Assembly: GCA_018826075.1 (NCBI GenBank)
Contig: JAHKAJ010000024.1
Span: 145,694-209,693, forward strand
Direction of reading: 5' to 3'
DNA length: 64,000 nt
Source of the DNA: Candidatus Omnitrophota bacterium
GTDB taxonomy: Bacteria > Omnitrophota > Gorgyraeia > Duberdicusellales > 4484-171
The translations under genes were made by a program, and so were the position numbers. This document shows, piece after piece, positions 47,263-59,935 of this stretch. Position 1 is the first letter of the stretch, and every line of letters starts with the position of its first letter. The notes under the pieces are model-generated. The model was not told the DNA's origin, made no database searches, and was given only the letters and a program-made list of their open reading frames with translations.

Positions 47263-48480
47263 TTATTCGATAATCTCGGTGATTACTCCTGCTCCTACGG
47301 TTCGGCCGCCTTCACGGATAGCAAACCTTAATTCTTTCTCGGCGGCTACCGGCTGAATCAGCGTGATTTCTACGTCTAAGTTATCGCCGGGCATAACCAT
47401 TTCAACGCCCTCAGGCAATTTACAGGTTCCAGTCACATCAGTGGTGCGGAAATAAAATTGGGGCCGGTAACCGGAAAAAAAAGGAGTATGCCTGCCGCCT
47501 TCCTCTTTCTTCAAGGCGTAAACTTTAGTCTTAAACTTAGTGTGAGGAGTGATTGAGCCGCTTTTAGCCATAACCATTCCCCGTTCAACGTCATTCTTCT
47601 CAACTCCCCGTAAAAGTAAGCCTACGTTGTCTCCGGCTTGGCCTTCATCAAGAAGTTTTCTGAACATTTCCACGCCGGTAACTACAGTCTTTTTAATCTC
47701 TGGGTGTATTCCTACCATTTCAACTTCTTCGCCAACTTTAACCTTTCCCCGTTCGATTCTGCCAGTAACAACTGTTCCCCGGCCGGAAATAGTAAACACA
47801 TCTTCTATAGCCATAAGGAAAGGTTTTTCTGTCTCTCTTTTGGGAGTAGGAATATAATCATCTATGGCTTTCATCAAATCAATAATAGATTTGCAATTCG
47901 GGCAATCATCCTTACCGCAACCGCAGTGCATGGCTTTTGTAGCTGAACCTCTGATAACCGGGGTTTCCTTACGGGGAAATTCATATTTAGCAAGTAAATC
48001 TCTCACTTCTTCTTCTACCAGGTCGACTAATTCCATATCGTCCATAAGATCGACCTTATTAATAAACACCGCAATTGCCGGAACGTTTACCTGCCGAGCC
48101 AAAAGTACGTGCTCTCTAGTTTGAGGCATTGGTCCGTCAACAGCTGATACCACCAGGATCGCTCCATCCATCTGGGCAGCGCCGGTGATCATATTTTTAA
48201 TATAGTCAGCATGCCCCGGACAATCAATATGAGCATAGTGACGTTTTTCAGTTGCGTATTCCACGTGTGAAATCGCTATAGTCAAAATTTTAGTATCGTC
48301 TCTGCGCCCTTGGGCTTCCGATGCCCTGGCTACTTGATCATAACTGATAAAAGTAGCTAGCCCTTTTCCCTGGAGAACTTTAGTTATTGCTGAAGTAAGC
48401 GTAGTTTTACCATGATCTACGTGGCCGATAGTTCCAATGTTAACATGGGGTTTGGCCCTTACAAACTTTTCCTTTCCCAT
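47263..48480 (-). CDS. tuf: Elongation factor Tu
   Basis: [40 protein letters not shown]; strong SD (GGAGGTG) upstream. Confidence 0.98.
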   Translation of the reverse strand: MGKEKFVRAKPHVNIGTIGHVDHGKTTLTSAITKVLQGKGLATFISYDQVARASEAQGRRDDTKILTIAISHVEYATEKRHYAHIDCPGHADYIKNMITGAAQMDGAILVVSAVDGPMPQTREHVLLARQVNVPAIAVFINKVDLMDDMELVDLVEEEVRDLLAKYEFPRKETPVIRGSATKAMHCGCGKDDCPNCKSIIDLMKAIDDYIPTPKRETEKPFLMAIEDVFTISGRGTVVTGRIERGKVKVGEEVEMVGIHPEIKKTVVTGVEMFRKLLDEGQAGDNVGLLLRGVEKNDVERGMVMAKSGSITPHTKFKTKVYALKKEEGGRHTPFFSGYRPQFYFRTTDVTGTCKLPEGVEMVMPGDNLDVEITLIQPVAAEKELRFAIREGGRTVGAGVITEIIE

Positions 48481-48508
48481 CTCCACACCTCCTTAATTCA
48501 CTCTTATT

Positions 48509-50596
48509 TTATACACCTAATATTTTTGCCAATAATTCGTCAGGCACCTTCTCATAATATGAAGGTTCTATTGTATAAGAGGCTCTGCCTTGTGTCAAGT
48601 TCCTAAGTGCGTCAGCATAATTGAAAGCTTCTGAAAGCGGGACGTCGGCACTGACTATCCGTAAGTTCTTGCGTTCCTTAATACTGGAGATTTTGCCCCG
48701 GCGGGAATTCAGATCACCGATAACCTGGCTCGAATATTCAGCCGGTACTATCACCTCCAAGCTCATTATCGGTTCTAAGATCACCGGTCCGGCTTTGCGC
48801 AAGGCCTCTTTAATTGCCAATTCGGCAGCTACTTTAAAACTCAGCTCCGAAGAATCAACATCATGGTATGAGCCATCGATCAAAGTTACTTTTATATCCA
48901 CTACCGGGTATCCACCTAAGATTCCACTCTCTACAGCCTCCTCAATGCCTTCTTTGACTGCCGGAATGTATTCCTTAGGGATAACACCGGATTTTATTTT
49001 TGATTCAAAAACAATTCCCTGTCCTTTGCTTAAGGGTTCTAAAATAATCACTACGTGCCCGTATTGGCCTCTTCCGCCGGTCTGCTGAATAAATTTACCG
49101 ACGGCTTCAACCTTACGGGTAACGGTTTCTTTATAGGCAACCTGAGGTTTTCCGATCTTAGCTAAAACATTAAATTCGCGAATCAACCGGTCAACCATTA
49201 TTTCCAGGTGCAACTGGCCCATTCCGGAAATTATATTCTGGCCGGTTTCTTTATTATAATTGATCTTAAATGAGGGGTCCTCGTCAGCCAGTTTTCGCAA
49301 AGCATCAAATAGCTTGTCCTGATCAGCCTGAGTCTTAGGCTCAATTGCCAAAGAGACAACCGGCTGGGGAAATTTTATCGCTTCTAAAACCAGCGAATGC
49401 CGGCTGTCACAAAGAGTATCGCCGGTAGTGGTATTTTTTAAGCCTACCAAACAGATTATATCCCCAGCCTGGGCTTGAGGAACGTTTTCCTGTTTATTAG
49501 CATGCATCCTGATAATCTTAGAAATCTTTTCTTTTTCATCCTTAGTCGCATTGTAGATAGTCGAAGAAACCGTGACCTTTCCCGAATAAACCCGAGTATA
49601 AAACAGTTTACCGACAAAAGGATCAGTAAAAACTTTAAAACACAAACCGCAAAACCCGGCTCCCAGATCGGCCTCGATAACTTTTTCTTCGCCGGATTTT
49701 AAAATTACCCCTTTGATCGGCACTGTCTCGATCGGAGAAGGCAGATATTCGCAGATCGCGTTAAGCAACAATTGGACCGCCTTGTTCTTGAGTGCCGAAC
49801 CGCAAACGACCGGCACGAACTTATTAGCGATCACATATTTACGGATCGCCGCGGTTATCTCCTCCTGGTCAACGCCCTGGCCGTCAATTATTTTATGCAT
49901 AAAAGCATCGTCAAGCTCAGCCAGTTTTTCAATCAAATGTTCTCTTTGCTTAGCGGCAGCTTCCTTGAGGTCTTGAGGGATCTCGTCTTCCTTGACTTCT
50001 TGGCCGAATTCACCCTGGTTATATACCGCACGCATTTTAATCAAATCGATCACTCCCAGAAAATCATCATCTTTATATATCGGTAAGGTGACCGGAGCCA
50101 GGGGCACAGCTAATTTTTCTTTCATCTCCGAAAGCACTCCCAAAAAGTCAACACCGACCCGGTCCATCTTATTAATAAAAGCGATCCGGGGAACCTGGTA
50201 ACGGTCAGCTTGATGCCAAACTGTCTCCGACTGAGGTTGAACCCCGCCGACCCCGCAAAAAATAACTACCACTCCATCCAAGACTTTAAGCGAACGTTCG
50301 ACTTCGACCGTAAAATCAATATGGCCGGGAGTGTCGATAATATTGATCTGGAAATCTTTCCACTGGCAATAAGTAGCCGCGCTGGTGATAGTAATACCGC
50401 GTTCACGTTCCTGGATCATCCAGTCGGTCACCGTGGTCCCTTCATGAACCTCGCCTACCTTATGGGTTTTTCCGGCATAGTAAAGTATCCGTTCGGTAGT
50501 GGTGGTCTTACCGGCATCGATATGGGCGATAAAGCCGATATTGCGTATTTTTTCCAATCCTTGGGTTTTCTTCATAAGTTCAACTGTTGCAATCAC
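48509..50596 (-). CDS. fusA: Elongation factor G (start 50596 or 50575)
   Basis: [39 protein letters not shown]. Confidence 0.98.
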   Translation of the reverse strand: MIATVELMKKTQGLEKIRNIGFIAHIDAGKTTTTERILYYAGKTHKVGEVHEGTTVTDWMIQERERGITITSAATYCQWKDFQINIIDTPGHIDFTVEVERSLKVLDGVVVIFCGVGGVQPQSETVWHQADRYQVPRIAFINKMDRVGVDFLGVLSEMKEKLAVPLAPVTLPIYKDDDFLGVIDLIKMRAVYNQGEFGQEVKEDEIPQDLKEAAAKQREHLIEKLAELDDAFMHKIIDGQGVDQEEITAAIRKYVIANKFVPVVCGSALKNKAVQLLLNAICEYLPSPIETVPIKGVILKSGEEKVIEADLGAGFCGLCFKVFTDPFVGKLFYTRVYSGKVTVSSTIYNATKDEKEKISKIIRMHANKQENVPQAQAGDIICLVGLKNTTTGDTLCDSRHSLVLEAIKFPQPVVSLAIEPKTQADQDKLFDALRKLADEDPSFKINYNKETGQNIISGMGQLHLEIMVDRLIREFNVLAKIGKPQVAYKETVTRKVEAVGKFIQQTGGRGQYGHVVIILEPLSKGQGIVFESKIKSGVIPKEYIPAVKEGIEEAVESGILGGYPVVDIKVTLIDGSYHDVDSSELSFKVAAELAIKEALRKAGPVILEPIMSLEVIVPAEYSSQVIGDLNSRRGKISSIKERKNLRIVSADVPLSEAFNYADALRNLTQGRASYTIEPSYYEKVPDELLAKILGV

Positions 50597-50614
50597 TATT
50601 TTCTATCCTGTAAA

Positions 50615-50642
50615 GTAGGGGCGTATAATTATTCGCCCCTAC
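50615..50642. repeat. GTAG-type REP-like palindrome, copy 3 (rpsG-fusA spacer)
   Basis: GTAGGGGCG-TATAATTATT-CGCCCCTAC. Confidence 0.88.
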
Positions 50643-50653
50643 GCACATTCTTT

Positions 50654-51121
50654 TTAGTATTTAAAATGGGCAAAAGCTTTATTGGCGTCTGCCATTTTGT
50701 GAGTATCTTCTTTTTTCTTGATCGCCGAGCCTTCCTGTTTGTAGGCAGCGATTATTTCTTCAGCCAGCTTCTCTTCCATGGGCTTGCCTTTTTTCTTGAG
50801 TGAAAAATCTTTCATCCAGCGAAGAGCAATGGTCATTCCTTTTTCTTTAGGCACTTCTAAAGGAACCTGATAAGTCGCTCCGCCGATCCGGCGCGGTTTG
50901 ACCGCCATCCGGGGACGGGCATTCTCCAAGGCCGTAAAAAATACCTTCAAGGGATCTTCCTTTAACTTGTCGGCAATAAGATCCAAAGTATTATAGACTA
51001 TTTTTTGAGCGGTACTTTTTTTCCCGTCACGCATAATAATGGTAATAAAACTACCGATCTCTTCGGAATCAAACTTAGGGTCTCTTTTTACTTCTCGTTT
51101 TGGCGCTTGTCTTCTTCTCAT
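50654..51121 (-). CDS. rpsG: 30S ribosomal protein S7
   Basis: DGKKSTA, RRIGGATYQVP, HKMADANKAFAH. Confidence 0.98.
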   Translation of the reverse strand: MRRRQAPKREVKRDPKFDSEEIGSFITIIMRDGKKSTAQKIVYNTLDLIADKLKEDPLKVFFTALENARPRMAVKPRRIGGATYQVPLEVPKEKGMTIALRWMKDFSLKKKGKPMEEKLAEEIIAAYKQEGSAIKKKEDTHKMADANKAFAHFKY

Positions 51122-51142
51122 CGTCGCTTGGCTCCTCTTGTG

Positions 51143-51514
51143 TTATTTAGGCCGTTTAGCCCCGTATTTCGAACGTGAGCGTTTTCGGTTTTGTACACCC
51201 TGACAATCAAGGGTACCTCTGACAATATGATAACGCACTCCCGGAAGGTCCTTGACTCTTCCGCCCCGGACTAAAGTTATCGAATGTTCCTGAAGATTGT
51301 GGCCTTCTCCGGGAATATAAGCAGTAACTTCCTCCCCATTGGTCAAACGGACCCTGGCTATTTTACGCAAAGCCGAATTGGGTTTTTTCGGGGTCATTGT
51401 CCGCACCTGGATGCAAACTCCCCGGCGCTGGGGGCAACCGTGCAAAGCCGGGGACTTGCCCCTTTTGTGTTTTAAAATCCTTGATTTTCGTATCAGCTGT
51501 CTTATGGTTGGCAT
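51143..51514 (-). CDS. rpsL: 30S ribosomal protein S12
   Basis: [29 protein letters not shown]. Confidence 0.98.
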   Translation of the reverse strand: MPTIRQLIRKSRILKHKRGKSPALHGCPQRRGVCIQVRTMTPKKPNSALRKIARVRLTNGEEVTAYIPGEGHNLQEHSITLVRGGRVKDLPGVRYHIVRGTLDCQGVQNRKRSRSKYGAKRPK

Positions 51515-54500
51515 TTTTCCACTCCAGTATCTCGATACCGCCTTAAACCGGTTCCTGCAGGTATAAGGTGGCCGACGATAACATTTTCTTTTAATCCCTG
51601 TAATTTATCAATTTTTCCGGCAGTAGCTGCTTCGGCTAGGATACGGGTGGTTTCCTGAAAGCTGGCTGCCGAAATAAAACTTTTAGTGCTTAGAGAAGCC
51701 TTGGTAATACCCAGCAACAGCGGAGAAGCTGTAGCCGGACGGCCGTCTTTCTTGATTATCTTCTCATTTTCTTTTCTAAAATCCCATTTATCCACTCCCT
51801 CACCGGGAAGAAATTCACTGTCGCCGGGGTCAATGATCTTGACCTTTTTAAGCATCTCTCTGATGATCACTTCGATATGTTTATCATTGATCCTTACTCC
51901 CTGAAGCCGGTAAATTTCCTGTATCTCGTTGACCAAATGTTCCTGTAAAACTTTATCGCCGCAAACCCTCAAGATATCCTGCAAGATTATCGGCCCTTCA
52001 GTCAACTGCTGGCCGGCAATTACCTGGTCACCGCGATAGACTATCGGGTGAGTGCCGGCCGGAATAGCATATTCTCTTTTCATCCCGGTCGGACTGCGGA
52101 CAATTACGTTTCGCTCTCCGGCAACTTCAGCAAATTCAATAAACCCGTCGATTTCACTGATAACTGCCGGGCTTTTAGGATGCCGAGCCTCAAAAAGCTC
52201 AGCCACCCGGGGTAAACCTCCGGTGATATCGCGGGTTTTAGCCACCAAGCGGGGAGTTTTGGCGATGATATCTCCGGATTCGACTTTGCTGCCTTCCTCC
52301 AACATTATATGGGCTCCGGTAGGCAAAGGGTAGATACCCAAAACTTCTTCCTGATCCGATACGATCAAGATCTGAGGATGATAATCGCCTTTAAATTCTA
52401 CAACTACCCGTTCTTTTCTACCGGTAGTAACATTCATTTCCTCTTGAATGGTGATCTTATCGACAATATCTTCGTATTTGACTTTACCGGCCACTTCGCC
52501 TAAGATCGGTGAAGAATAAGGATCCCATCTTACAAAAATCTTATCCTTTTCTATTTTTGTATCTTCAACAGCAAAAATCGATGCACCTTGAGGAACCGGA
52601 TTGCGCTGCAGCTCCCGGCCCACTTCATCGTTGATGCTGATCATTCCGTTACGGTTTAAAACCACAAAATATTTACCCTTGGAAACTACCTTAAGGTTAT
52701 GATATCTTACTGTTCCGACTTCCCTAGCCTTGATAAAAGCCCGTTCGGCGACTCGCGAAGCAGTTCCACCAATATGAAAAGTCCTCATGGTCAACTGGGT
52801 GCCCGGCTCACCGATAGACTGAGCGGCAATAATACCTACTGCTTCGCCGATCTCTACCGGTTTTCGGGCCGCCAGATTAAGGCCGTAACATTTAATACAG
52901 ACTCCTCTTTCTGACTCACAAGTCAAAACACTTCTGATCCGGATTTTTTCTAAACCCAAACGTTCTATCATTTCGGCGGTTTCTTCGTTGATCGCTTCGC
53001 CGGCCTTAACAATAAGCTCATCACTGACTACATCCATCACATTATCCAAAGCCACTCTGCCGATGATTCTTTCTCTTAAGGTAACAACTACATCTTCACC
53101 TTCAACAATCTCGGCAACGGTGATCCCGTTCACCGTTCCGCAATCTTCTTCAATGATGATCACTTCCTGGGCTACGTCTACCAGTCGCCGAGTAAGATAC
53201 CCGGCGTCAGCGGTTTTAAGAGCGGTATCAGCCAAACCTTTACGGGCACCGTGAGTAGAAATAAAAAATTCCAGAACCGTCAAGCCCTCTTTAAAATTTG
53301 AAGTAATCGGGATCTCAATAATCTCGCCCGAAGGCTTAGCCATCAGGCCGCGCATTCCGGCTAACTGCCTTACCTGAAGTTTGGAACCCCGGGCGCCGGA
53401 ATCAGCCATCATAAAAACCGGGTTATGTTTATCCATATTCTTAAATACGTAATCGGAAACCCGGTCAGTGGTCCTGGTCCAGACATCGATGATCTTATTA
53501 TGCCGTTCGCGCTCAGTGATAATCCCTTTGCGGTATTGATCGTCTACTTTTCCTAATTCGCTATTAGCTTCGTCGATGCACTCCTGCTTTTGTTCAGGAA
53601 TAACTAAGTCGTCGACCGAAATACTGATGCCTCCTAAAGTGGCATAAGCAAACCCTAAATCCTTTATTTTGTCTAAAAGTTCGATGACTTCGCTATGGCC
53701 AAAAGATTTATAGCATTCGCTGATGATCTCGGAAACTTTTCCTTTACTAAGCAGTTCGTTAACAAAGCGAAATCCTTTTGGGAGAATTTGATTAAAAATA
53801 ACCCTTCCGGCAGTTGTCTCGGTAAGTTTCTTTTCCTCGTTTTCAACTATCCGCAGCTTAATCTGGGCATGAAGATCGAGCTCCTCATCCTGATAAGCAG
53901 TTATTACCTCGTCGGCATTGGAAAAAATCAGGCCTTCGCCTTTAGTCTTGGATTTTTCTAAGGTTAGATAACGGCAGCCGATGATCATATCCTGGCTGGG
54001 AGCAATGACCGGCCGGCCGTCAGAAGGCGAAAAGATGTTATTCACCGAAAGCATGAGGATTTTTGCCTCAGCCTGGGCCTCTAAAGATAAGGGTAAGTGA
54101 ACTGCCATCTGGTCACCATCAAAATCGGCGTTAAAAGCGGCGCAGACCAAAGGATGTAATTTTATAGCTTTACCTTCGACTAAAACCGGATAAAAAGCCT
54201 GAATGCTTAGGCGATGCAGAGTCGGTGCACGGTTTAACAAAACCGGATGTCCTTTGATCACTCCTTCCAGGATATCCCAAACCTCAACCCTGGCCCGTTC
54301 AACCATTCTCCGGGCACCTTTTATGGTATGAACAAAACCTTTTTCACGTAGTTTCTTAATAATAAACGGCTCAACCAGTTCTAAAGCCATCTGTTTAGGT
54401 ATGCCGCACTGATAAAGCCGCAGTTCCGGACCGACCACGATAACGCTTCTGCCGGAATAATCTACACGCTTACCCAAAAGATTCTGCCGAAAACGGCCTT

Positions 54501-55473
54501 GTTTTCCCTTAAGCATGTCCGAAAGGCTTTTTAGCGGCCGGTTCTGAGGGCCCATCACCGGGCGGCCATGGCGTCCGTTCTCCAAAACCGCATCTACAGC
54601 TTCCTGGAGCATTCTTTTTTCATTACGGATGATTATATCCGGAGCTCCCAGGGAGATCAGTTTTCTTAAACGGTTGTTCCGGTTGATCACCCGACGGTAT
54701 AAATCATTAAGATCTGAAGAAGCAAAACGTCCCCCTTCCAAAGGAACCAAGGGACGCAGATCCGGTGGGATCACCGGCAAGACATCTAAAACAAACCACT
54801 GAGACTCATTGCCGGAACGCCGCAGATCTTCGACTATCTTTAAACGCTTGAGATAACGCTTATTGACTCCGATTTTTCCCTTTTCAATGCTCTTGCGGAT
54901 AGATTTACTTAACTTATTAAGATCGATCGCCTCAAGAAGTTCTTTTATCGCTCCGGCTCCGATAGAAACTTTAAACTCTTTTCCGTATTTATCCAATCCT
55001 TGGCGGTACTCGCCTTCGGAAAGAAGCTGTAGTTTTTTAAAAGGGGTAGTTCCCGGATCGATGACCACATACTCTTCGTAATAGATGATTTTTTCCAACT
55101 GTTTTATGCTTAAATCCAACACTGCCCCGATCCTTGAAGGAAGGACTTTGAAAAACCAAATATGAGTACAAGGAGCTGCCAATTCAATAGTGCCCATTCG
55201 CTGGCGGCGGACCGAAGAATGAGAAATCTCCACTCCGCAACGATCGCATTTAGCGCCTTTGAACTTTATCCCTTTAAGTTTTCCGCAATGGCATTCCCAG
55301 TCTTTGGTCGGCCCGAAAATCTTTTCGCAGAACAACCCGTCTTTTTCCGGCTTTAAAGTCCGATAGTTGAGAGTCTCAGCTTTCTTTATTTCACCGGAAG
55401 ACCAGCTGCGGATCACCTGCGGCGAAGCTAACTTAATACTGATGTGGTCAAAAAAACCAACTTCTTCGATCAT
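51502..55473 (-). CDS. rpoC: RNA polymerase beta'
   Basis: Zn ribbon [40 protein letters not shown]. Confidence 0.99.
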   Translation of the reverse strand: MIEEVGFFDHISIKLASPQVIRSWSSGEIKKAETLNYRTLKPEKDGLFCEKIFGPTKDWECHCGKLKGIKFKGAKCDRCGVEISHSSVRRQRMGTIELAAPCTHIWFFKVLPSRIGAVLDLSIKQLEKIIYYEEYVVIDPGTTPFKKLQLLSEGEYRQGLDKYGKEFKVSIGAGAIKELLEAIDLNKLSKSIRKSIEKGKIGVNKRYLKRLKIVEDLRRSGNESQWFVLDVLPVIPPDLRPLVPLEGGRFASSDLNDLYRRVINRNNRLRKLISLGAPDIIIRNEKRMLQEAVDAVLENGRHGRPVMGPQNRPLKSLSDMLKGKQGRFRQNLLGKRVDYSGRSVIVVGPELRLYQCGIPKQMALELVEPFIIKKLREKGFVHTIKGARRMVERARVEVWDILEGVIKGHPVLLNRAPTLHRLSIQAFYPVLVEGKAIKLHPLVCAAFNADFDGDQMAVHLPLSLEAQAEAKILMLSVNNIFSPSDGRPVIAPSQDMIIGCRYLTLEKSKTKGEGLIFSNADEVITAYQDEELDLHAQIKLRIVENEEKKLTETTAGRVIFNQILPKGFRFVNELLSKGKVSEIISECYKSFGHSEVIELLDKIKDLGFAYATLGGISISVDDLVIPEQKQECIDEANSELGKVDDQYRKGIITERERHNKIIDVWTRTTDRVSDYVFKNMDKHNPVFMMADSGARGSKLQVRQLAGMRGLMAKPSGEIIEIPITSNFKEGLTVLEFFISTHGARKGLADTALKTADAGYLTRRLVDVAQEVIIIEEDCGTVNGITVAEIVEGEDVVVTLRERIIGRVALDNVMDVVSDELIVKAGEAINEETAEMIERLGLEKIRIRSVLTCESERGVCIKCYGLNLAARKPVEIGEAVGIIAAQSIGEPGTQLTMRTFHIGGTASRVAERAFIKAREVGTVRYHNLKVVSKGKYFVVLNRNGMISINDEVGRELQRNPVPQGASIFAVEDTKIEKDKIFVRWDPYSSPILGEVAGKVKYEDIVDKITIQEEMNVTTGRKERVVVEFKGDYHPQILIVSDQEEVLGIYPLPTGAHIMLEEGSKVESGDIIAKTPRLVAKTRDITGGLPRVAELFEARHPKSPAVISEIDGFIEFAEVAGERNVIVRSPTGMKREYAIPAGTHPIVYRGDQVIAGQQLTEGPIILQDILRVCGDKVLQEHLVNEIQEIYRLQGVRINDKHIEVIIREMLKKVKIIDPGDSEFLPGEGVDKWDFRKENEKIIKKDGRPATASPLLLGITKASLSTKSFISAASFQETTRILAEAATAGKIDKLQGLKENVIVGHLIPAGTGLRRYRDTGVEKCQP

Positions 55474-55484
55474 TTATACTCCTG

Positions 55485-58400
55485 TTATTTAGGCTCTTTT
55501 TCAGCCCGGACATCCAGGCACAACCCCTGCAACTCTTTTATCAAAACGTTAAATGACTCAGGCACCGAAGGATGAAACTTCTGCTCACCCCTGACTATGG
55601 CTTCGTAGATCCTGGTCCTTCCTTCAACGTCATCGCTCTTAACCGTCAGCATCTCCTGAAGAGTGAAGGCGGCTCCATAAGCTTCCAAAGCCCAAACTTC
55701 CATTTCACCAAAACGCTGGCCGCCGAATTGAGCCTTACCGCCTAAGGGCTGTTGGGTGATCAAAGAATACGGCCCAATAGCCCTAGCGTGGATCTTATCG
55801 TCAACCATATGAACCAGTTTCATTATATACATATAGCCTAAACCGATCTTCTGGCCAAACGGCTTTCCAGTATAGCCGTCAAAAAGTTCAACCTTACCGT
55901 CGGTAGGCAACTCGGCTTTTTTAAGCATCTCGCGGACATCTTCTTCTTTGGCTCCGTCGAAAACCGAGGAAATTACCCGCAGCCCCAGTTTTTTAGCGGC
56001 GTAACCTAAATGCATTTCCAAAAGCTGGCCGACATTCATCCTCGAAGGAACCCCCAGAGGATTCAACAGCAAATCTAAAGGTGTCCCGTCTTCTAAAAAC
56101 GGCATATCCTCTTCGGGTAAAATCTTAGAAATAACTCCTTTGTTTCCGTGGCGGCCGGAAAGTTTATCACCGGCGGAGATCTTTCGCTTCATGGCCACAA
56201 AAACTACCACTCTTTTTAAAACTCCAGCCGGAAGTTCATCACCTTTTTTTATTTTAGCAATCTCTAATTCCCGTTCTATAGCCAGTTCATTAAGCCGTTC
56301 ATCATAGATATTCATCGTAGCTCTGGCTTCTTCATTCTCTTCGCAATCAGCGGGATTGATCCGGGATTCGCTTTTACCCAAAATAGCGCTTAAGCGCCGG
56401 ATTTTTTCCCGCTCCAGCAATTCCTTTTCCTCGTCGTAATACCGTTCGATTTCTTTTATCCGTTTCAACTCTTCAGTTTTTTCTTTTTTGGGACGACGAC
56501 CCCGGTCTTTACGCTGGAAAACTTCCACTTCGGTAACCACCCCGTAAATACCCGGGGGAACTCGTAACGAAGTATCTTTTACATCAGCGGCTTTTTCACC
56601 AAAGATAGCCCTAAGCAGCCTCTCCTCGGGAGAAAGCTCTTTCTCGGTTTTAGGAGTTACCCTTCCGACCAAAATATCATCGGGCATCACCTCAGCGCCG
56701 ATCCTAACCACGCCGGTCTCATCAAGGTTATTCAAAACATCATCTCCGACGTTAGGTATATCCCGGGTAATTTCCTCATTACCCAAGCGGGTTTCGCGGG
56801 CTTCGATCTCAAAACGTTCGATATGCAAAGAAGTTAAAATATCATCTTTAACTAAACGTTCGCTGATAATAATAGCATCTTCAAAGTTATACCCACGCCA
56901 GGGCAGGAACCCTACTAAAATATTAGTTCCCAAAGCTAACTCTCCGCCTTGAGTGGCCATTCCATCAGCAATGATAGTACCTTTACGTATTTCATCGCCT
57001 TTATTCACCAATGGACGTTGGTTGATACAGGTATCGGCGTTAGAACGCGAGAATTTTTTCAACTTATAAGTAAAATTATCTATGGTTACCGAATCAGCGC
57101 TTATATTGGTCACTTTTCCCGACTCTTTACTGACCAACATAACGCCGGTATCCCGAGCCACTTTTTCCTCTACTCCGGTACCGACCAAGGGAGCTTGAGG
57201 AAACATCAATGGTACGGCCTGACGCTGCATGTTTGAACCCATCAACGCACGATTAGCATCATCATGTTCGAGAAAAGGGATCATCGCCGCTGAAACAGAA
57301 ATGATCTGTTGAGGGGAGATATCCATATATTCGATATCGCGCGGTTTACACTTGGGAAATTTTCCTTTAAGCCGGGCATAAATCTCAGTGTCCCTGATCT
57401 TACCGTCATCGGAAATATTACCTGAGACTTGAGCAATAGTCCTATTTTCCTCTTCGTCGCTCATCAAATAATCTACCTTATCCTGGACTACTCCGTTTTC
57501 GACTTTTCGATAAGGCGTAGTAAGAAAACCCAAGGGATTGATCCGGGAATAACTAGTCAGGGAAGAAAGCAAACCGATGTTAGCTCCTTCAGGAGTTTCA
57601 ATCGGGCAGATTTTTCCGTAATGGGTAGGATGAACGTCCCTGACTTCAAAACCGGCCCGCTCACGGGAAAGGCCACCCGGGCCCATGGCTGAAAGGCGCC
57701 GTTTATGAGTGAGCTCTGCCAGAGGATTAGTCTGATCCATAAATTGAGAAAGCGGCGAACGGGCAAAGAAATCCTGAATCTGAGTAGAAAAAGCCCTTGA
57801 GTTGATCAAATGCTGGATCGAAAAATCATTAGAGGAAATCAATGAATACCTCTCCATAAAAGTCCGCTCCACCCGCAAAAGCCCCACTCTTACCTGATGC
57901 TGGATAAGCTCACCGATAAGCTTAACCCGACGATTGGAAAGATGATCAATGTCATCGGTTTCCCGTTTACCGGCTTTAACCATCAACAAAGCTTTGATAA
58001 TCTCGATCACCGAGGCTAAATCCAAAGTCCGCTTGCTTAAGGGAAGTTCCATCCCCATTTTTTTATTGACTATATAACGTCCGACTTTGCCTAAGTCATA
58101 GCGGCGGTCGTCTAAAAACATCCGCTTGAATACTTCCTTAGCCGCTTCTAAAGTTATCGGCTCGGTAGGACGCATCTTTTTATAAAAATCCAGGTAAGCC
58201 TCTTCTTTATTGGTAGTCGAATCTTTTTTAACCGTATTGACTATTTCCGGATAAGGTTTGTCGGAAAATTTAGCATAGATCTCATCATTAGAAGATAAAC
58301 CGAGGATTCTCAAAACCTGAGTTGCCGGAAAGGTTTTTCGCCGGTCGATAATAGCAGTCAGAGTATCGTTGATATCGGTTCTGAATTCCAGCCAATACCC

Positions 58401-58901
58401 CCGGTAGGGAATAATTCTGGCATAATAAATACGTTTTCCGGTAGGATGCAATTCCTCTTCGATAAATATCCCCGGGGAACGCTGTAGCTGGCTGATGATC
58501 GCTCTTTCATCACCGTTTATTATAAAGGAAGCAGTCTCAGTCATCAAGGGAATGTCGCCGAGATAGATCTCCTGCTCCTTGACCGATCCCGAAGGATCAA
58601 CCAAACGCAAGCGGACTCGTAAAGAGGCAGCATAGGTCTGAGAACGCCGTTTACATTCCTCAACGCCATAGCGCGGCCGGCTTAAACTATAGGAAACATA
58701 TTCAAGACGGTATTGTTTATCCGGACTCTCCATCGGGAAAACTTCCTGGAGAATCTCCTGGAGGCCGACCGGTTTTCGTTTTTCCGGCACGATATTAGCC
58801 TGGAGAAATTCCTGGAAAGAACGGATCTGGTGCTCAAGAAGATGCGGCATGGACACGTTCTTTTTAATCCTGGCAAACGATAGCTTTTTGTCTTTCTTCA
58901 C
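55485..58901 (-). CDS. rpoB: RNA polymerase beta
   Basis: SQFMDQTNPL, CPIETPEG, ALMGSNMQRQ, GDKLSGRHGNKG, GGQRFGEME; GTG start after GGAGG. Confidence 0.99.
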   Translation of the reverse strand: MKKDKKLSFARIKKNVSMPHLLEHQIRSFQEFLQANIVPEKRKPVGLQEILQEVFPMESPDKQYRLEYVSYSLSRPRYGVEECKRRSQTYAASLRVRLRLVDPSGSVKEQEIYLGDIPLMTETASFIINGDERAIISQLQRSPGIFIEEELHPTGKRIYYARIIPYRGYWLEFRTDINDTLTAIIDRRKTFPATQVLRILGLSSNDEIYAKFSDKPYPEIVNTVKKDSTTNKEEAYLDFYKKMRPTEPITLEAAKEVFKRMFLDDRRYDLGKVGRYIVNKKMGMELPLSKRTLDLASVIEIIKALLMVKAGKRETDDIDHLSNRRVKLIGELIQHQVRVGLLRVERTFMERYSLISSNDFSIQHLINSRAFSTQIQDFFARSPLSQFMDQTNPLAELTHKRRLSAMGPGGLSRERAGFEVRDVHPTHYGKICPIETPEGANIGLLSSLTSYSRINPLGFLTTPYRKVENGVVQDKVDYLMSDEEENRTIAQVSGNISDDGKIRDTEIYARLKGKFPKCKPRDIEYMDISPQQIISVSAAMIPFLEHDDANRALMGSNMQRQAVPLMFPQAPLVGTGVEEKVARDTGVMLVSKESGKVTNISADSVTIDNFTYKLKKFSRSNADTCINQRPLVNKGDEIRKGTIIADGMATQGGELALGTNILVGFLPWRGYNFEDAIIISERLVKDDILTSLHIERFEIEARETRLGNEEITRDIPNVGDDVLNNLDETGVVRIGAEVMPDDILVGRVTPKTEKELSPEERLLRAIFGEKAADVKDTSLRVPPGIYGVVTEVEVFQRKDRGRRPKKEKTEELKRIKEIERYYDEEKELLEREKIRRLSAILGKSESRINPADCEENEEARATMNIYDERLNELAIERELEIAKIKKGDELPAGVLKRVVVFVAMKRKISAGDKLSGRHGNKGVISKILPEEDMPFLEDGTPLDLLLNPLGVPSRMNVGQLLEMHLGYAAKKLGLRVISSVFDGAKEEDVREMLKKAELPTDGKVELFDGYTGKPFGQKIGLGYMYIMKLVHMVDDKIHARAIGPYSLITQQPLGGKAQFGGQRFGEMEVWALEAYGAAFTLQEMLTVKSDDVEGRTRIYEAIVRGEQKFHPSVPESFNVLIKELQGLCLDVRAEKEPK

Positions 58902-58986
58902 TTATCCTCCTCAATTCCTTCTGACAATAATTCAGAAGGTCGATTTCTGATCTCGCCTTTGGATAAACAAAAAACTCAGTAAAGAT

Positions 58987-59367
58987 TTACTTTAATTCTA
59001 CCGTGGCGCCGGCTGCTTCCAATTTTTTCTTGACTTCTTCGGCTTCTTCCTTAGAAACATTCTCTTTGACTGTCTTGGGAGCCGAATCAGCAAGATCCTT
59101 GGCTTCTTTTAATCCCAAATCAGTTACTGCCCGGATTTCTTTGATCACCGCGATCTTGTTTCCGCCGACTGAAAGCAGAACTACATTGAAAGAAGTCTTG
59201 ACTTCTTCCTCTTCGGCTGCGGCTCCCGGAACACCTGCCTGGGCCATGGCCATTGCCGGTGCAGAAGCGCTCACTCCGAATTTCTCTTCGCAAGCCTTCA
59301 CTAACTCGGAAAGTTCAAGCACGGTCATCTCTTCAACCATTTTTAAAATATCCTGCACGTTTGACAT
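58987..59367 (-). CDS. rplL: 50S ribosomal protein L7/L12
   Basis: [24 protein letters not shown]. Confidence 0.98.
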   Translation of the reverse strand: MSNVQDILKMVEEMTVLELSELVKACEEKFGVSASAPAMAMAQAGVPGAAAEEEEVKTSFNVVLLSVGGNKIAVIKEIRAVTDLGLKEAKDLADSAPKTVKENVSKEEAEEVKKKLEAAGATVELK

Positions 59368-59377
59368 AAAACCCTCC

Positions 59378-59935
59378 TCACTTTTTATCTGTCTGTTCTT
59401 TGGCTTTTCTCACTTCCTCGACTGCCCAAACAAATTTTAAAATTACCTGATTTAAACAGCGGGCAAAACCGGATATCGGAGCAGCCAAGCCGGAAACCGC
59501 CATTCCCAGGAGAATCTCCCGGGAAGGAAGTTTAGCCATAGCCTGCACTTCTTTAGCGCTTAATTTTTTAGAATCGATCTGGGCCCCTTTAACTTCAAGC
59601 AGTTCACTTTCCTTGGCAAAATCAACTATTGCCTTGCAGGCTTCAACCAGATCTTTCTCGTAGACTAAAACAGCCCCAGTCTCTTTTTTATCCAGCAGGC
59701 CTTCCTGATCAGTCCAGCCTAGATCATCAAACACCCGCTTAAACAAAGTATTTTTAGTCACCAGAACTTTAGCCCCGACTTTAGTCAGGTTATTACGCAG
59801 TTGATTGAAGCTAAAAGCTTCGACCTTATTAAAACTGACAAAAAAACAACCGTTAGCCTGGCTGATCTCTTCTTTCAAATCCTTAGCCATGCGTTCCCGG
59901 ACCAGGAACCCTATTTTTTTGACTTCTTTAATCAT
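59378..59935 (-). CDS. rplJ: 50S ribosomal protein L10
   Basis: [15 protein letters not shown]; between rplA and rplL. Confidence 0.93.
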   Translation of the reverse strand: MIKEVKKIGFLVRERMAKDLKEEISQANGCFFVSFNKVEAFSFNQLRNNLTKVGAKVLVTKNTLFKRVFDDLGWTDQEGLLDKKETGAVLVYEKDLVEACKAIVDFAKESELLEVKGAQIDSKKLSAKEVQAMAKLPSREILLGMAVSGLAAPISGFARCLNQVILKFVWAVEEVRKAKEQTDKK

